Source: a virus
Taxonomy: Duplodnaviria > Heunggongvirae > Uroviricota > Caudoviricetes
Direction: 5' to 3' (one strand)
Virus record (IMG/VR): IMGVR_UViG_3300028048_001599
Length of the DNA stretch: 64,000 nucleotides
Positions 1-11,000 of the stretch are shown piece by piece. Position numbers and translations under genes: made by a program. The notes below the pieces were generated by a model. The model saw nothing but the letters and a program-made list of their open reading frames with translations. It had not been told where the DNA came from and did not search any database. Each line of letters begins with the position of its first letter. Within the stretch, counting starts at the first letter, position 1.

Positions 1-66
1 GGTAAGTAATGAAACGCCTTTACATTTAGTTAAGGTGGATATATCTAAGCGAAAGGACGGTTAATA

Positions 67-1206
67 ATGACAACAGCGAACGTGACAATTCTTGTAGACT
101 TGGGTAACTCTGAGACAAGGGCAGAGTTAGTCTACATGGGAAAAAGTGTAACAATTTCAGTTCCTAATAGGTTTTATGAACTGAAACCTAACTATTTAAT
201 TCCTGAGGAATACCGTAACAGTGATTCGACTGTATTCTGTAATGACGGTATCTACCTAGCTAACGGTGAGCTAGTAGCTATAGAGTTTCCAAAGAGGGGT
301 CTTGCTCCGATTGGCTTTAGCGACAAGTCATCGCAGATTACATCAAAGTATAGTATTATACTTCTTATGATTAAGGCAATAAATAAAATCAGTGGTGACA
401 TTGGTGCTAAAGCATCAGATATAAACTGGGTGTTTAATATTGCAGTTTTACTTCCACCGTTTGAACAGGACAAACGAACAAATGACCAACCGAGCGGTAA
501 AGAAGCTATGATTGACCTTATTCGTTCCATTACACAGATTAATAGTGTATCACCCGTAAAATACAGTGTTCCTATTGCGATTAAGGAAATCAAAGTATTA
601 CCTGAAGGTGTTGTAGCATTTACAGCGGCTATGTTTAAGCTTGAAGACGGAAAGATAAACATAAATACTGATAATCAGAAGTACAAGCAGGGGTACTGTA
701 TAGTACTCGATATTGGTGCAGGGACAACCGATATGGTAGTTGTCCGTGACGGTAAGTTTATTATGTCTACAAAGGAGACTTTTAGAAAAGGCGGAAATCT
801 TGTGGAGTCCACTTGTAGAACATTGATTAGACGTAAGTATAATGTATCTCCCTCAGATATGAAAGAAATAATAGAAACAGGGGTATACCATCACGCTAAT
901 GATACTCTAATTGTTGATGACCTGTTGGATGAGGCTAAAAAAGACTACGCTGAAAATGTACTTCAGGATATTATAGCTTACCTCGGTGAGAAAGATATAC
1001 CTGTTCAGGAATTGAGGGGTGTTCTTACTGTAGGTGGTGGTTCACTTCCTACAATGCGAAATGGTGTAGTAGTTAGTGAGCCTATGTCAGCACCTCTTGT
1101 AGCTCTACTTAAACAGTTTTCACCGTCAATTGAACAGATAAAGTTGGACTCTAATCCACGTTATGCAAATCTTGACGGGTTGCATATAATGTCTACAGCA
1201 TGGTAA
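67..1206 (+). CDS. parM: ParM/StbA-family actin-like ATPase (plasmid segregation)
   Basis: Actin-fold motifs: phosphate-1 VDLGNSETR, connect-1 LPEGVVA, phosphate-2 VLDIGAGTTD, adenosine VGGGS, C-terminal NPRYANLDG; RBS AAAGGA upstream. Confidence 0.85.
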   Translation: MTTANVTILVDLGNSETRAELVYMGKSVTISVPNRFYELKPNYLIPEEYRNSDSTVFCNDGIYLANGELVAIEFPKRGLAPIGFSDKSSQITSKYSIILLMIKAINKISGDIGAKASDINWVFNIAVLLPPFEQDKRTNDQPSGKEAMIDLIRSITQINSVSPVKYSVPIAIKEIKVLPEGVVAFTAAMFKLEDGKININTDNQKYKQGYCIVLDIGAGTTDMVVVRDGKFIMSTKETFRKGGNLVESTCRTLIRRKYNVSPSDMKEIIETGVYHHANDTLIVDDLLDEAKKDYAENVLQDIIAYLGEKDIPVQELRGVLTVGGGSLPTMRNGVVVSEPMSAPLVALLKQFSPSIEQIKLDSNPRYANLDGLHIMSTAW

Positions 1207-1218
1207 GGGGGTAGTGAT

Positions 1219-2754
1219 ATGATAATCATTATAGGTAGTTCAATATCTGAGGATAAATTGCCAACATTTTCAGAGTTCAAAATTATTGAAGGTGCAGCAG
1301 AAGCAAAGATGACGCTCAGACTCACAAATAATCCTACTGCAGTTTTTGTTCATGAATCACTTGCAAAAGATTTGAATACACCGCTTGTATCAAAGGCAAT
1401 TCGTGATAATTTTGTTTACTTCTCAAATGATAATGACCTCTTAAAGAAGATTTCTGGTATCTCAGATGAAGATAATAGTAATAATGAGGCTAAACAGGAT
1501 ACAGTTAAGGAAACTCCAGCTAAACCTGTGGAAGTTCCGAAGAAACAGGATAAACCGACTGTAATCGTACCTCCTGCGTCTACTCCTGCACCTGCTACCG
1601 CTGTCGTTAGTGAACCGGCAAAACCAGTTCCGGCAGATGTCAAGAAGGAAACAGGGGTAAAACCGGGGGTTACTTCACAGGAGAACAAACCAGTAGTGAC
1701 TAATGTAAGTACTCCTGAAACAAAACCTGTTGTTTCAACATCGATTGACGATGGTATAACTGAGATAGATGAAACTGACGATGATGTTTTCTCAAACACA
1801 TTTAAGATTCCTATGTCAATCAACGGCAGTTATGATGCTATGGCTGCTAAATTAAAAGCTAAGGAAGAACAGTTATCACAGTTCCAGCAGATGTTTACAT
1901 CTAAGTGCGAAGAATATGACACGATGATTCGTGAACAGGACGAAAGCACAGCACAGATAATCAAGACTTATGAGAACAAGTTGAAGGAAGCTTCTACTGC
2001 ATTTAATAAGTTGAAGAACGATTATTCAAAAGCAATGTCAACCACTGGTAAATATCATGTATATGCTGAAAAGACAAAAGGTGTTCTAAAAGAGGGGTTT
2101 GCACCTGCTGAGAAGGAAGCTATTCAGAGTCTTGGTCTTGACCTTTGTATCATGTGTACTGCAGGTGATGTTACGGATATGCATTTTATGATGCAACAGA
2201 ATATTGAAACATTTAAGGAAGATTATGTATTCATCGATTTTACAGGTACACATTTCTTTGATACTATGTATCAGACTAATTTAAGTGGTGCACTCCGTCT
2301 GTTTAATTTTGTATCACAGGATGAGCTTACATCTCTTAAGAATAGTTTCTACCATAAGGAAAAGGCTGATATAATCGCAGAATATAATTTCCATGATATT
2401 ACATTCCTCGATAGTGATTGGGTAACATTCTTTAAGAACCTTAAAATAATGTTCCCTGACCGTAAGATAATACTTCTATTCAATAGTATTTCAAGTTTTT
2501 CGGTTCTTTACACACTCTCAAAGTTGGCTACAATATTTAAGGCTTATGTGCATCTGCGTTGTTCGTATTTTTCAATTCAGAATACATATACAAGACTTCG
2601 TCTTGTACCAGCAAGTAGGGGTATCAAACTTGTTGCTACTTACTACTTCGATGACGTTAAGGATATTATTACAGAAGTAGGTAAAAAGTATGAGATAAAG
2701 ACAAGTACTGATATATTGTCACTGTCTACCATAGAAAATAGACTTAATAAGTAA
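1219..2754 (+). CDS. Hypothetical protein: Pro/Thr-rich linker, coiled coil and possible degenerate MinD/ParA-like C-terminal domain
   Basis: 511 aa ORF 12 nt after parM; heptad region ~aa 205-275; YVFIDF strand but no intact Walker A. Confidence 0.6.
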   Translation: MIIIIGSSISEDKLPTFSEFKIIEGAAEAKMTLRLTNNPTAVFVHESLAKDLNTPLVSKAIRDNFVYFSNDNDLLKKISGISDEDNSNNEAKQDTVKETPAKPVEVPKKQDKPTVIVPPASTPAPATAVVSEPAKPVPADVKKETGVKPGVTSQENKPVVTNVSTPETKPVVSTSIDDGITEIDETDDDVFSNTFKIPMSINGSYDAMAAKLKAKEEQLSQFQQMFTSKCEEYDTMIREQDESTAQIIKTYENKLKEASTAFNKLKNDYSKAMSTTGKYHVYAEKTKGVLKEGFAPAEKEAIQSLGLDLCIMCTAGDVTDMHFMMQQNIETFKEDYVFIDFTGTHFFDTMYQTNLSGALRLFNFVSQDELTSLKNSFYHKEKADIIAEYNFHDITFLDSDWVTFFKNLKIMFPDRKIILLFNSISSFSVLYTLSKLATIFKAYVHLRCSYFSIQNTYTRLRLVPASRGIKLVATYYFDDVKDIITEVGKKYEIKTSTDILSLSTIENRLNK

Positions 2755-2766
2755 GTTTAAGGAGGG

Positions 2767-3630
2767 TTGACAGTGGGTGAAATAAAGCGGGTGAGTGTTA
2801 GTCTTAAAGTTGATTCAAGTGATGAACTTTATTGGTCTTTAATACAACCACTGCAACAAAACCGTCAGTTAGCAAGTTTTCTTGTAACTTTACTTCAGGC
2901 TTACAAAGATGACGGTGATGTTCATGATTTAGTAGACACATTCGCTAATGAAAATAGTGGTGTAGCAAAATTAAGGGGTCACTTGGAAAACCTTATTGAC
3001 TTACAGGCTAAGGCTACAAGATTTGCGGAGGACGTTAATGATTCACTCGGTGGGGGTAATAACGAAAGTACTATTGAGAATTTTTTTGATACCGAGGATG
3101 TTGAGGATGATTCTATTAGTGCTGAACAAGGGGTTCAGGACAGTCAAACAGGTCAAGTTGTTGTTAAGCCTGCAGGTGTTGTAAATAGACCAGTTGATGC
3201 TTCTAAAAAGACTAAGAGTAATAGTTCTGCACTTGCAAAACCTGGTGAATACATTCCAAGTCAGAGCATAATCAAAGCGGTATTGAAACGTCTTGATGAT
3301 GTAGAGGACACTTTGAAAGTAATAAAATCTGTTGTACATGTCCAAGATACAGAGGTAAGCAGAGCTGTTGAAAACTCTGTTGAAAATGTTGAAAATATGT
3401 CAGAAGTTGATGATATTAAGGATACAGGCAAAGAACCTGTAATATCTGAAGTACCTGATGAAGTCATGGAGTTGTCCGATAAGAAAACAGAGGTATCCGA
3501 GGTTTCCGAAGTACCTGAGATCGACAATAATCAGTCTGCAATAGCTAAACAGACAACTGTAGTTGAGGACGATTCACAGAAGTACCTTAAAAGTATGATG
3601 GACGACATATTTAAAGATAGTGGTTTATAA
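2767..3630 (+). CDS. Putative ParR-like adaptor (N-terminal ribbon-helix-helix-like region, acidic disordered tail)
   Basis: RBS AAGGAGG before TTG; N-terminus KRVSVSLKV then two helices (ELYWSLIQPL, QLASFLVTLLQAY); lies in the parM operon. Confidence 0.45.
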   Translation: MTVGEIKRVSVSLKVDSSDELYWSLIQPLQQNRQLASFLVTLLQAYKDDGDVHDLVDTFANENSGVAKLRGHLENLIDLQAKATRFAEDVNDSLGGGNNESTIENFFDTEDVEDDSISAEQGVQDSQTGQVVVKPAGVVNRPVDASKKTKSNSSALAKPGEYIPSQSIIKAVLKRLDDVEDTLKVIKSVVHVQDTEVSRAVENSVENVENMSEVDDIKDTGKEPVISEVPDEVMELSDKKTEVSEVSEVPEIDNNQSAIAKQTTVVEDDSQKYLKSMMDDIFKDSGL

Positions 3631-3653
3631 TAAAAGAAAGTTGGTTACAAATT

Positions 3654-4610
3654 ATGAGTACAAATGGACAGCGTTATATTTTAATTGACTATAATCATAT
3701 GGCTTATAAGTTTTTCTATGGGGCACAGCCTTTAAGTTCCGTAGTAAATATAAACGGTGTTGATACGATTGTAGACACCACAATAGCTTACGGTACTATC
3801 AGAGCCTTGAATAATTATGGTCAAAGGGGTAAATACTATATCGGTATTTGTTACGAGGGTGGCTCAAAGTTTCGTAAAGAATATTTTAGTGGTTCAACAA
3901 CCGAGGGTTATAAAGGAACACGTAAGTCGATGGATAATAAAATGAAGGCAGCTATTGACGTTTCAATTGATTTACTTGCTAAGTGTGGTGCCGCGCAGTA
4001 TCGTTGTTTGGGTTACGAGGCTGATGATATGATTTATTCTATTGTAAAGCGTATCAAGGCAGTTGATAAAACAACACCGATTGATATTATCACAGGTGAT
4101 GGGGATATGTTACCACTTGTAGATGAACAGGTGTCTGTATTTATGAAAGGTACTCGCACTTTTGCTTTTCCGGGTGCAAACGAATACAGGGGGTATTATC
4201 AGGTAACTCCTGAGAGCTGGGAACAATATCTCAAAAATACTTCTGCTTATAAGGATTATCTCATTCCGTATAATTCAATGTTACTTTTTAAGCTTATGAA
4301 GGGTGATAAGGCAGATAATATACCTGCAGTTACACGAGGATACGGTGGTAAAGGTTACTCAGCACTTATGCAGAAAATGCTTAATGACGGTATTGATTTT
4401 TCCGAAGTATTCCGGTATGGCGTAGACTTCGATGAAACAATACGTCCTGTGTTAAAGTACTATTTTGATACAGATACAATTGATAAGATGAAATGGATAT
4501 ACGGGGGTATGAACCTTAGAAATTTCGAGGGTGACATTGCTCCTCTGAAGCAACTTCCAATAGATAAAGTTCACGTTGTATATTCATCGATAGGTATTAA
4601 TAAAATTTAA
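3654..4610 (+). CDS. Stand-alone 5'-3' exonuclease / flap endonuclease (PolA N-terminal domain family)
   Basis: Motifs ILIDYN, FRKE..YKGTR, YEADD, IITGDGDM, GDKADNIPAV.GYG (helix-3-turn-helix). Confidence 0.9.
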   Translation: MSTNGQRYILIDYNHMAYKFFYGAQPLSSVVNINGVDTIVDTTIAYGTIRALNNYGQRGKYYIGICYEGGSKFRKEYFSGSTTEGYKGTRKSMDNKMKAAIDVSIDLLAKCGAAQYRCLGYEADDMIYSIVKRIKAVDKTTPIDIITGDGDMLPLVDEQVSVFMKGTRTFAFPGANEYRGYYQVTPESWEQYLKNTSAYKDYLIPYNSMLLFKLMKGDKADNIPAVTRGYGGKGYSALMQKMLNDGIDFSEVFRYGVDFDETIRPVLKYYFDTDTIDKMKWIYGGMNLRNFEGDIAPLKQLPIDKVHVVYSSIGINKI

Positions 4611-5042
4611 GCATTTAAGCGAGGTAAATTAATTTATGTTAATTTACAAATATATCAAGGAATGTAATAAATTTAAGGCACTAATAAAAGTAGAAGAATA
4701 TATAGGGTTTAGTGTTTAACCCTATCAAAGTAAGTGTGTAAAGCTGATTGACAAAGTTTTAATGAAGTTATTTATTATATTTTAATAGTCTTTATTAAAA
4801 ACAAAACATAATATTTTCAAGACATAAAGTTTTTAAAGTTATGTTTAGTATACGCGGGTTCTGAAGGTCAGAATTTATTAGTAACAATTTTTGACTATGA
4901 TACGAATTTTTTAACAGGTTATGTTAAAGAACATTCATTAAACAAGTCTGTAAAAACTGTAAGTAATAAAAAGGTTGATAAGTATGTTAGTGTTGGTTGG
5001 AAAGTTGATTTCAATGAATATTATACAAATCAATCTGGTAAA

Positions 5043-8000
5043 GTGTATATAGACCAACAAGGGGGAGAATTTTACGATATATTCCCTGAAGGTGCAACAT
5101 TAGATATTTCATCGTTGAAAGTATATGTAGATAATAAAATGGTTAATGAGGCTGACTATACTTATTCGATCGATGAGAATTTTAATAACAGTAACAAAAT
5201 AATGTTGGCAATAAAGATTAATAAAGAAGCGAAAAATGGTTATACAGTTTATTATAATACTATTCACTCATGGGAAAATATAAATGACTTTGGTGATAAA
5301 GCATTAAATTCGGTAATGTATAAGTCTTGTAATGAAACTTTTAGTACAGGTAAAAAACTAAATCAAGGTGATATATATTATTCTGATTTGTTTGAAAATT
5401 TAAGTTACGATGACGTTAGTAGCGAAGATAGAGATAAAAGATTATTTGCGTTTAGTGAACATAGTTATATTATAGATGTACCAATAGCTGTTTCTGCCGG
5501 ACTTAAAAAATCTGTTAAAGCAGGGGATTCTTTGGTATATAGTTCATCAGAAACGATAAGGGGTAAAGTTCCTTATACTTATAATATTAGATATGCTACA
5601 GATTCAGAGACTAGGGCTAAAAATATAGTTATATTTGATAACTTAGATAATTATGTAGAAAACCATACACGAGGAGTACTAACAAGTATAGATGTAAGTG
5701 AACTAAAAAAGTTGGGAGCAAACCCGAAAATATATTGTTCGGAACAAGATATTGATTTTAGTATTGAGGCTAATAGGAGTTTAAGTAATAATAATTGGAG
5801 TAGTTACGAAAATTCTAACTTATCAAAAGTAAAGTCTATAGCTATAGATGTTTCTAAGGATAGTAAAGGTAATGATTTTGTTCTGGATTATAATAAGGCT
5901 ATACATATCTATATTAAAATGTATGTTAATGAGTTGTCAGAAGACGTAGAAAAGAATAAAATATATAATGGGGTACATTCTGTAAGTGACTTTTTAATAG
6001 AAAATAATGTTAGTAACAGATATGTACAATGGGGTTATACTGTATTAGATTGTAGGTCAGCGGCACAGTTTTCTATTAAGAAGGTTGATGAAGCTGATTC
6101 TTCAAAAGCATTGTCAAATGTAAGATTTATATTGACTGGTGTTTCTGATTATAGTGGTGATGTTTATAAGTTGAAAACAACTAATAATAATGGTATCATA
6201 GACTTTGGTATGCTAGAAAAAGGTAATTATTCACTTTATGAATATGATTATGCTAATCCTGATTATTTTGTGAATAGTTTAGTTTTTGATATAGTTGTTG
6301 ATGCTAATAACAATATAAAAGTAAACGGAAATAGTATTAATTTACCTTATGTTATAGGTGACACAAGAAGAATACATAATGATATACAATTTAACAAGAG
6401 GGACTTGGTGAATAAGAGTGTAGCTCTGGAAAATGTTAAGTTTGTATTAACAGGTACTTCTGACTACAGTACTAAGGTTTTTGAATATGCTTCATCTGAT
6501 AGTGATGGTATAGTTAAATTTGAAAACATAGAAAAAGGTACTTATGCACTTAAGGAAGTTAAAACAAAAACAGGTTATGTAATTAATACTGCTGAATATA
6601 AAGTCACTATAGATGATAATGCACAAGTTAATATTATGAAGGACGGAAATAATTTAAATATAGACTCTAATGGGTTACTGACAGTTTATAATGAACCTCA
6701 GCATAGATTGGTAATACATAAAGTAGGAACTATACAAAATGCTGGTGGAGATGTTGATGATGTAGCAGGAGCAAAGATAAACTTGTTAGGTGGTACTGTT
6801 GATGGTGATTCTGTTGATATAACTTTAACTACTGATAGTAACGGTTTAGCTATATTTAATGGTTTACATTCTGGTTCATATAATTTAGTAGAAGTAGAAG
6901 CACCAGAGGGGTATACTGTTAATTCAAATATTTATACGGTTACTATAAAGCCTGAAGGGATTACTGTTGATGGACTTGAACAAGATGCACAAGGTAATTA
7001 TTTATTAGTAGATAAAGAAGCAGGAACTTTGGAAATACATAAGAAATGGATAGATAGTTCTACAAATAACCGTGAAGAACCTGTTATACATGTAACTACT
7101 AGTATGCCATCATGGAGTGTACAGTTTGATAAAAGTAAATTAAAGCGTGAGACATATGCTACAGCGAGTGGAAATGTTTCATGGACTGATATTACTGGGT
7201 TTGAATATACTTCATTATCAGATAGAGATAATCAGATTTTAGCTGATTTAAGAATGTTAGTAAGAACAAATCCTCCTAACGTATATACTGTGGATGATTA
7301 TACATTGTATAGAGTGGATGACGGTGCTACACAGTTTGTATTATATGCTTATGTAGGTTCTGATAAAAAATTGTACTGGTGGACAAATGCAAGGGATGTC
7401 TATATGTGTTCTGATTGTAGTCATTTATTTGACGGAACAAAAATAGAGTCTTTTGATATACAGTATACGAATGTAAATAATAAGTCTGGTGCAAATATAA
7501 AATTTAATAAAACATTAGACTTATCTTATATGTTTGCAAATTCAGAGCTAAAAACAATGTGTTCTTATTTAGCTGCTGATAATGTAATAACTGCTAAAGG
7601 TATGTTTGCAGGTTGTCAGGATTTAGCATTTACTGATACTACTGCTATTGAATGTCAGCGGTGGAAACAAAAAGAAGATGATTGGGTTCGTGAGGATGTT
7701 ACTTTATATAGTTATAAATTTTCATTAGGTGATTCTAGTAACTTAGAGGATATATCTTCTATGTTTGAGGGAACGGAGTTAAAGTATGGACCTCGTGGGT
7801 TTGAATGTGAAGCGTTAGATTTGAACGAGTTAAATGTTTCTGCTGTACAAAATATGAGTAGGATGTTTAAAGATTCTAACGTAAAACCAGCTTTTAAAAG
7901 TTGGGAAAATACTGTAGTTAATGACATGACTGAAATGTTTTATAATAATACTACTATAGAGGTAGTAGAATTACCTCATGTTGTTAGTAGTATTGATTAT

Positions 8001-11000
8001 ATGGCAAAGATGTTTTATAGTTGTCAAGCTTTAAAGTTTGTAGACATTAGTGGTTTAGAAACTTCAAATGTTCAAGATATGTCATATTTATTCTATCTTT
8101 GTCATCGTTTAACTTCTTTAAATTTAAGTACTTTAAGCACAGATAGTGCAACAACTATGAAATCTATGTTCCAGGATTGTCATCGTATGGGTACTTTGAA
8201 TTTAAGTGGATTTACGAATACATCAAATGTTACAGATATGTCGTACATGTTTGACCATTGTGGGTATACTCCAAGGTTAAGTGAGAATTATTCTGATTCT
8301 CCTACTGATAAAGGTTATGGCTTAATTGAGGGCAGACCGCAAGATATGTACTTTAAAGGTTCATTCAATATAATTGGTATAAATAATTTTGATACATCTA
8401 GTGTAACTACAATGAACCATATGTTTGCAACTGCTGGACCTGTACTTGGAGTTTCACTTTCTGTTACTATTCATAATTCTGAAGATACGGGTAAACCTCA
8501 TCAGTTTACATTTGATTCTAATTATGCAGAGGGTGAAGAGTTAGTTGAATTATATGCACCATATTATATCAGGTATTATGATGGGGTAATGGACACTAAG
8601 CAAATGAGTATTATTGCTACAGGGCTGGATGAAGAGACTTATATGGTTCAGACTGGTGCTAATATTGCACATGTTGAAAATGGTATTGGTGTCGATGAGT
8701 ATATGGAACTTGTACCTATTGAAAAATGTACTAATTCTTTTTACTGGTCGATGGATTTATCAGGTTGGAATACTTCTAATGTAACTGATATGGAAATGAT
8801 GTTTTATAATGCACAGTTTTTAAGAGATTTGAACATTTCTAATTTTGATACAACTAGAGTAACTAAGATGTGTTTTGTACCTGAGCCTGATGGTGTTTTC
8901 ACTGATTTTAGTCCTTACACTAAAGGTATGTTTGAAGATTGTTTTTCATTACGGTCTTTAGATTTAAGTGGATTTAATACATTGTCTATAACGAATGCGA
9001 GTTTATCCAGAATATTTAAAGATTGTATGGAGTTAACAAGTATTAGTTTTGGTTCTAACTTTTTCACTTCAAATATAACTTATGCTGGGGATATGTTTAT
9101 TAATTGTAAAAATCTATTATCTATAGATGCATCGCATTTTGATTTTTCAAATATAAAAAATATGAATGGACTGTGTGCTTATTGTTTTAAATTGCAGAAT
9201 TTTGATTTAGGTACAGGATATTCGATTGAGAATTGTAATTATGCCCGTTGTTTATTCTTAAATTGTTATGACTTGGTGACATTAGATTTGATGGGTGATT
9301 TTGATACTTCTGCAAATGCAGGGGATTATGCTACACCTAATATGGATTATGCATTTTATAATTGTGAGAGTATTGTTTCATTAGATTTTGGTGATAATTT
9401 TTATTACAAGGGTAATGGAGACAAGATGTTCTATAATTGTAAGGATTTAATATACTTATATTTAGGGGATTGTTGTACACCTAATTCAATTAAAGAAATG
9501 TTTAGTGGTTGTGAAAGTTTGCGAGAATTAACATGGTATACATCTTTTAATGGTACTTATTATAATAATAATAACTCATCTGAATTTAAAGGATATTCAG
9601 ATGTAGAGGGGTTATTTAAAAATTGTAGATCTTTATACTATTTGGATATTAGTGAATTACCACTTGATGAGCCGACTTCCACAAAGGAAATGTTTTATAA
9701 TTGTAGTTCATTAGATACATTAATGTGGAATGGTCCTGATACATCTAGTGTAAAGGATATGTCTTACATGTTCTGTAATTGTTCTGCTGAAATCACCTTT
9801 GATTTAGATACTTCCAGTGTAACGGATATGACCAGTATGTTTGATAAATATGGATATACAGGTGAATTACATGTAGATAATTTTGATACATCATCAGTTG
9901 AGAATATGTCGTATATGTTTAGGGGTTGTAAAGCAGAAGTAATAGGTTTGGATAACTTTGATACTTCAGCGGTGACCGATTTTTCATTTATGTTTTCTGA
10001 GTATGAAAATGATTTACAATTAGACATGAATACCTCTGGTGGTAATATAAAGAGGATGTTTTATAAATTTAAGGGTGAAACTTTGGAAGTAGATAATCTT
10101 AGTGCTGCTAATGTTACAGACATTTCATATTTATTTGCTGAGTCATCTGTAAAGAATTTGACAGTTGGTATTATAGGTTCTAATAATGTTAGAAACATGT
10201 CGTACTTGTTTAGTAACTGTAAGCATATGGAGTCGTTAACAATAACGAGTATAGATACTACTAAAGTTACTAACATGACTGCAATGTTCAGTTCATGTAA
10301 AAAGATTACTGAATTGGACTTAACAAAGTTTAATACTGCCAGAGTTACTAATATGACTAACATGTTTGTAAATAGTAATTTATTGGAGACTATTAAAATA
10401 TCTTCTTTATGGGATGTTACTAGAGCTACAAGAAGTGCATCGATGTTTGATAATTGTACAAGTATTAGGGGTAGTAATGGTACTACTTATAATAGTTCTT
10501 ATACGGATAAAACTTATGCAAGAGCTGATACAGCGGCTAATCCTGGTTATATGACTTTGGTAATGTCTACAGGGAGTGGTGCATCAGCAGTAACAATTAA
10601 GACAACATCATCTTCTGCAAGTGGTGAATCATACTGTACTGCCACAGATGCACATGAATTTCATGTAGATGGACCGGATGACCAAACATATGTATTTGAT
10701 GGTTTAAAACAAAATCAGGTATATTATGTATGGGAAGAGCCAATGGAACATTATAATACGGATCATGGTTATGATAATCCTTTGATTTTATATAACGAAT
10801 CTGGAACAATTACAAATACAGAAGATATCAAAACATATGATATAACACTTCAGAAAGAGTTGTATAATAAAGCAGGAGATTATAGTGGACTTATAGAAGA
10901 AGACTATCGTAAAACTTTTGAAGTAAAGGTAACATTTGGTACTGGGGTAAAGAAAGAAACTACTGAACTCGGACCTGCTGGTTTATTACTTAGTCCTGTA

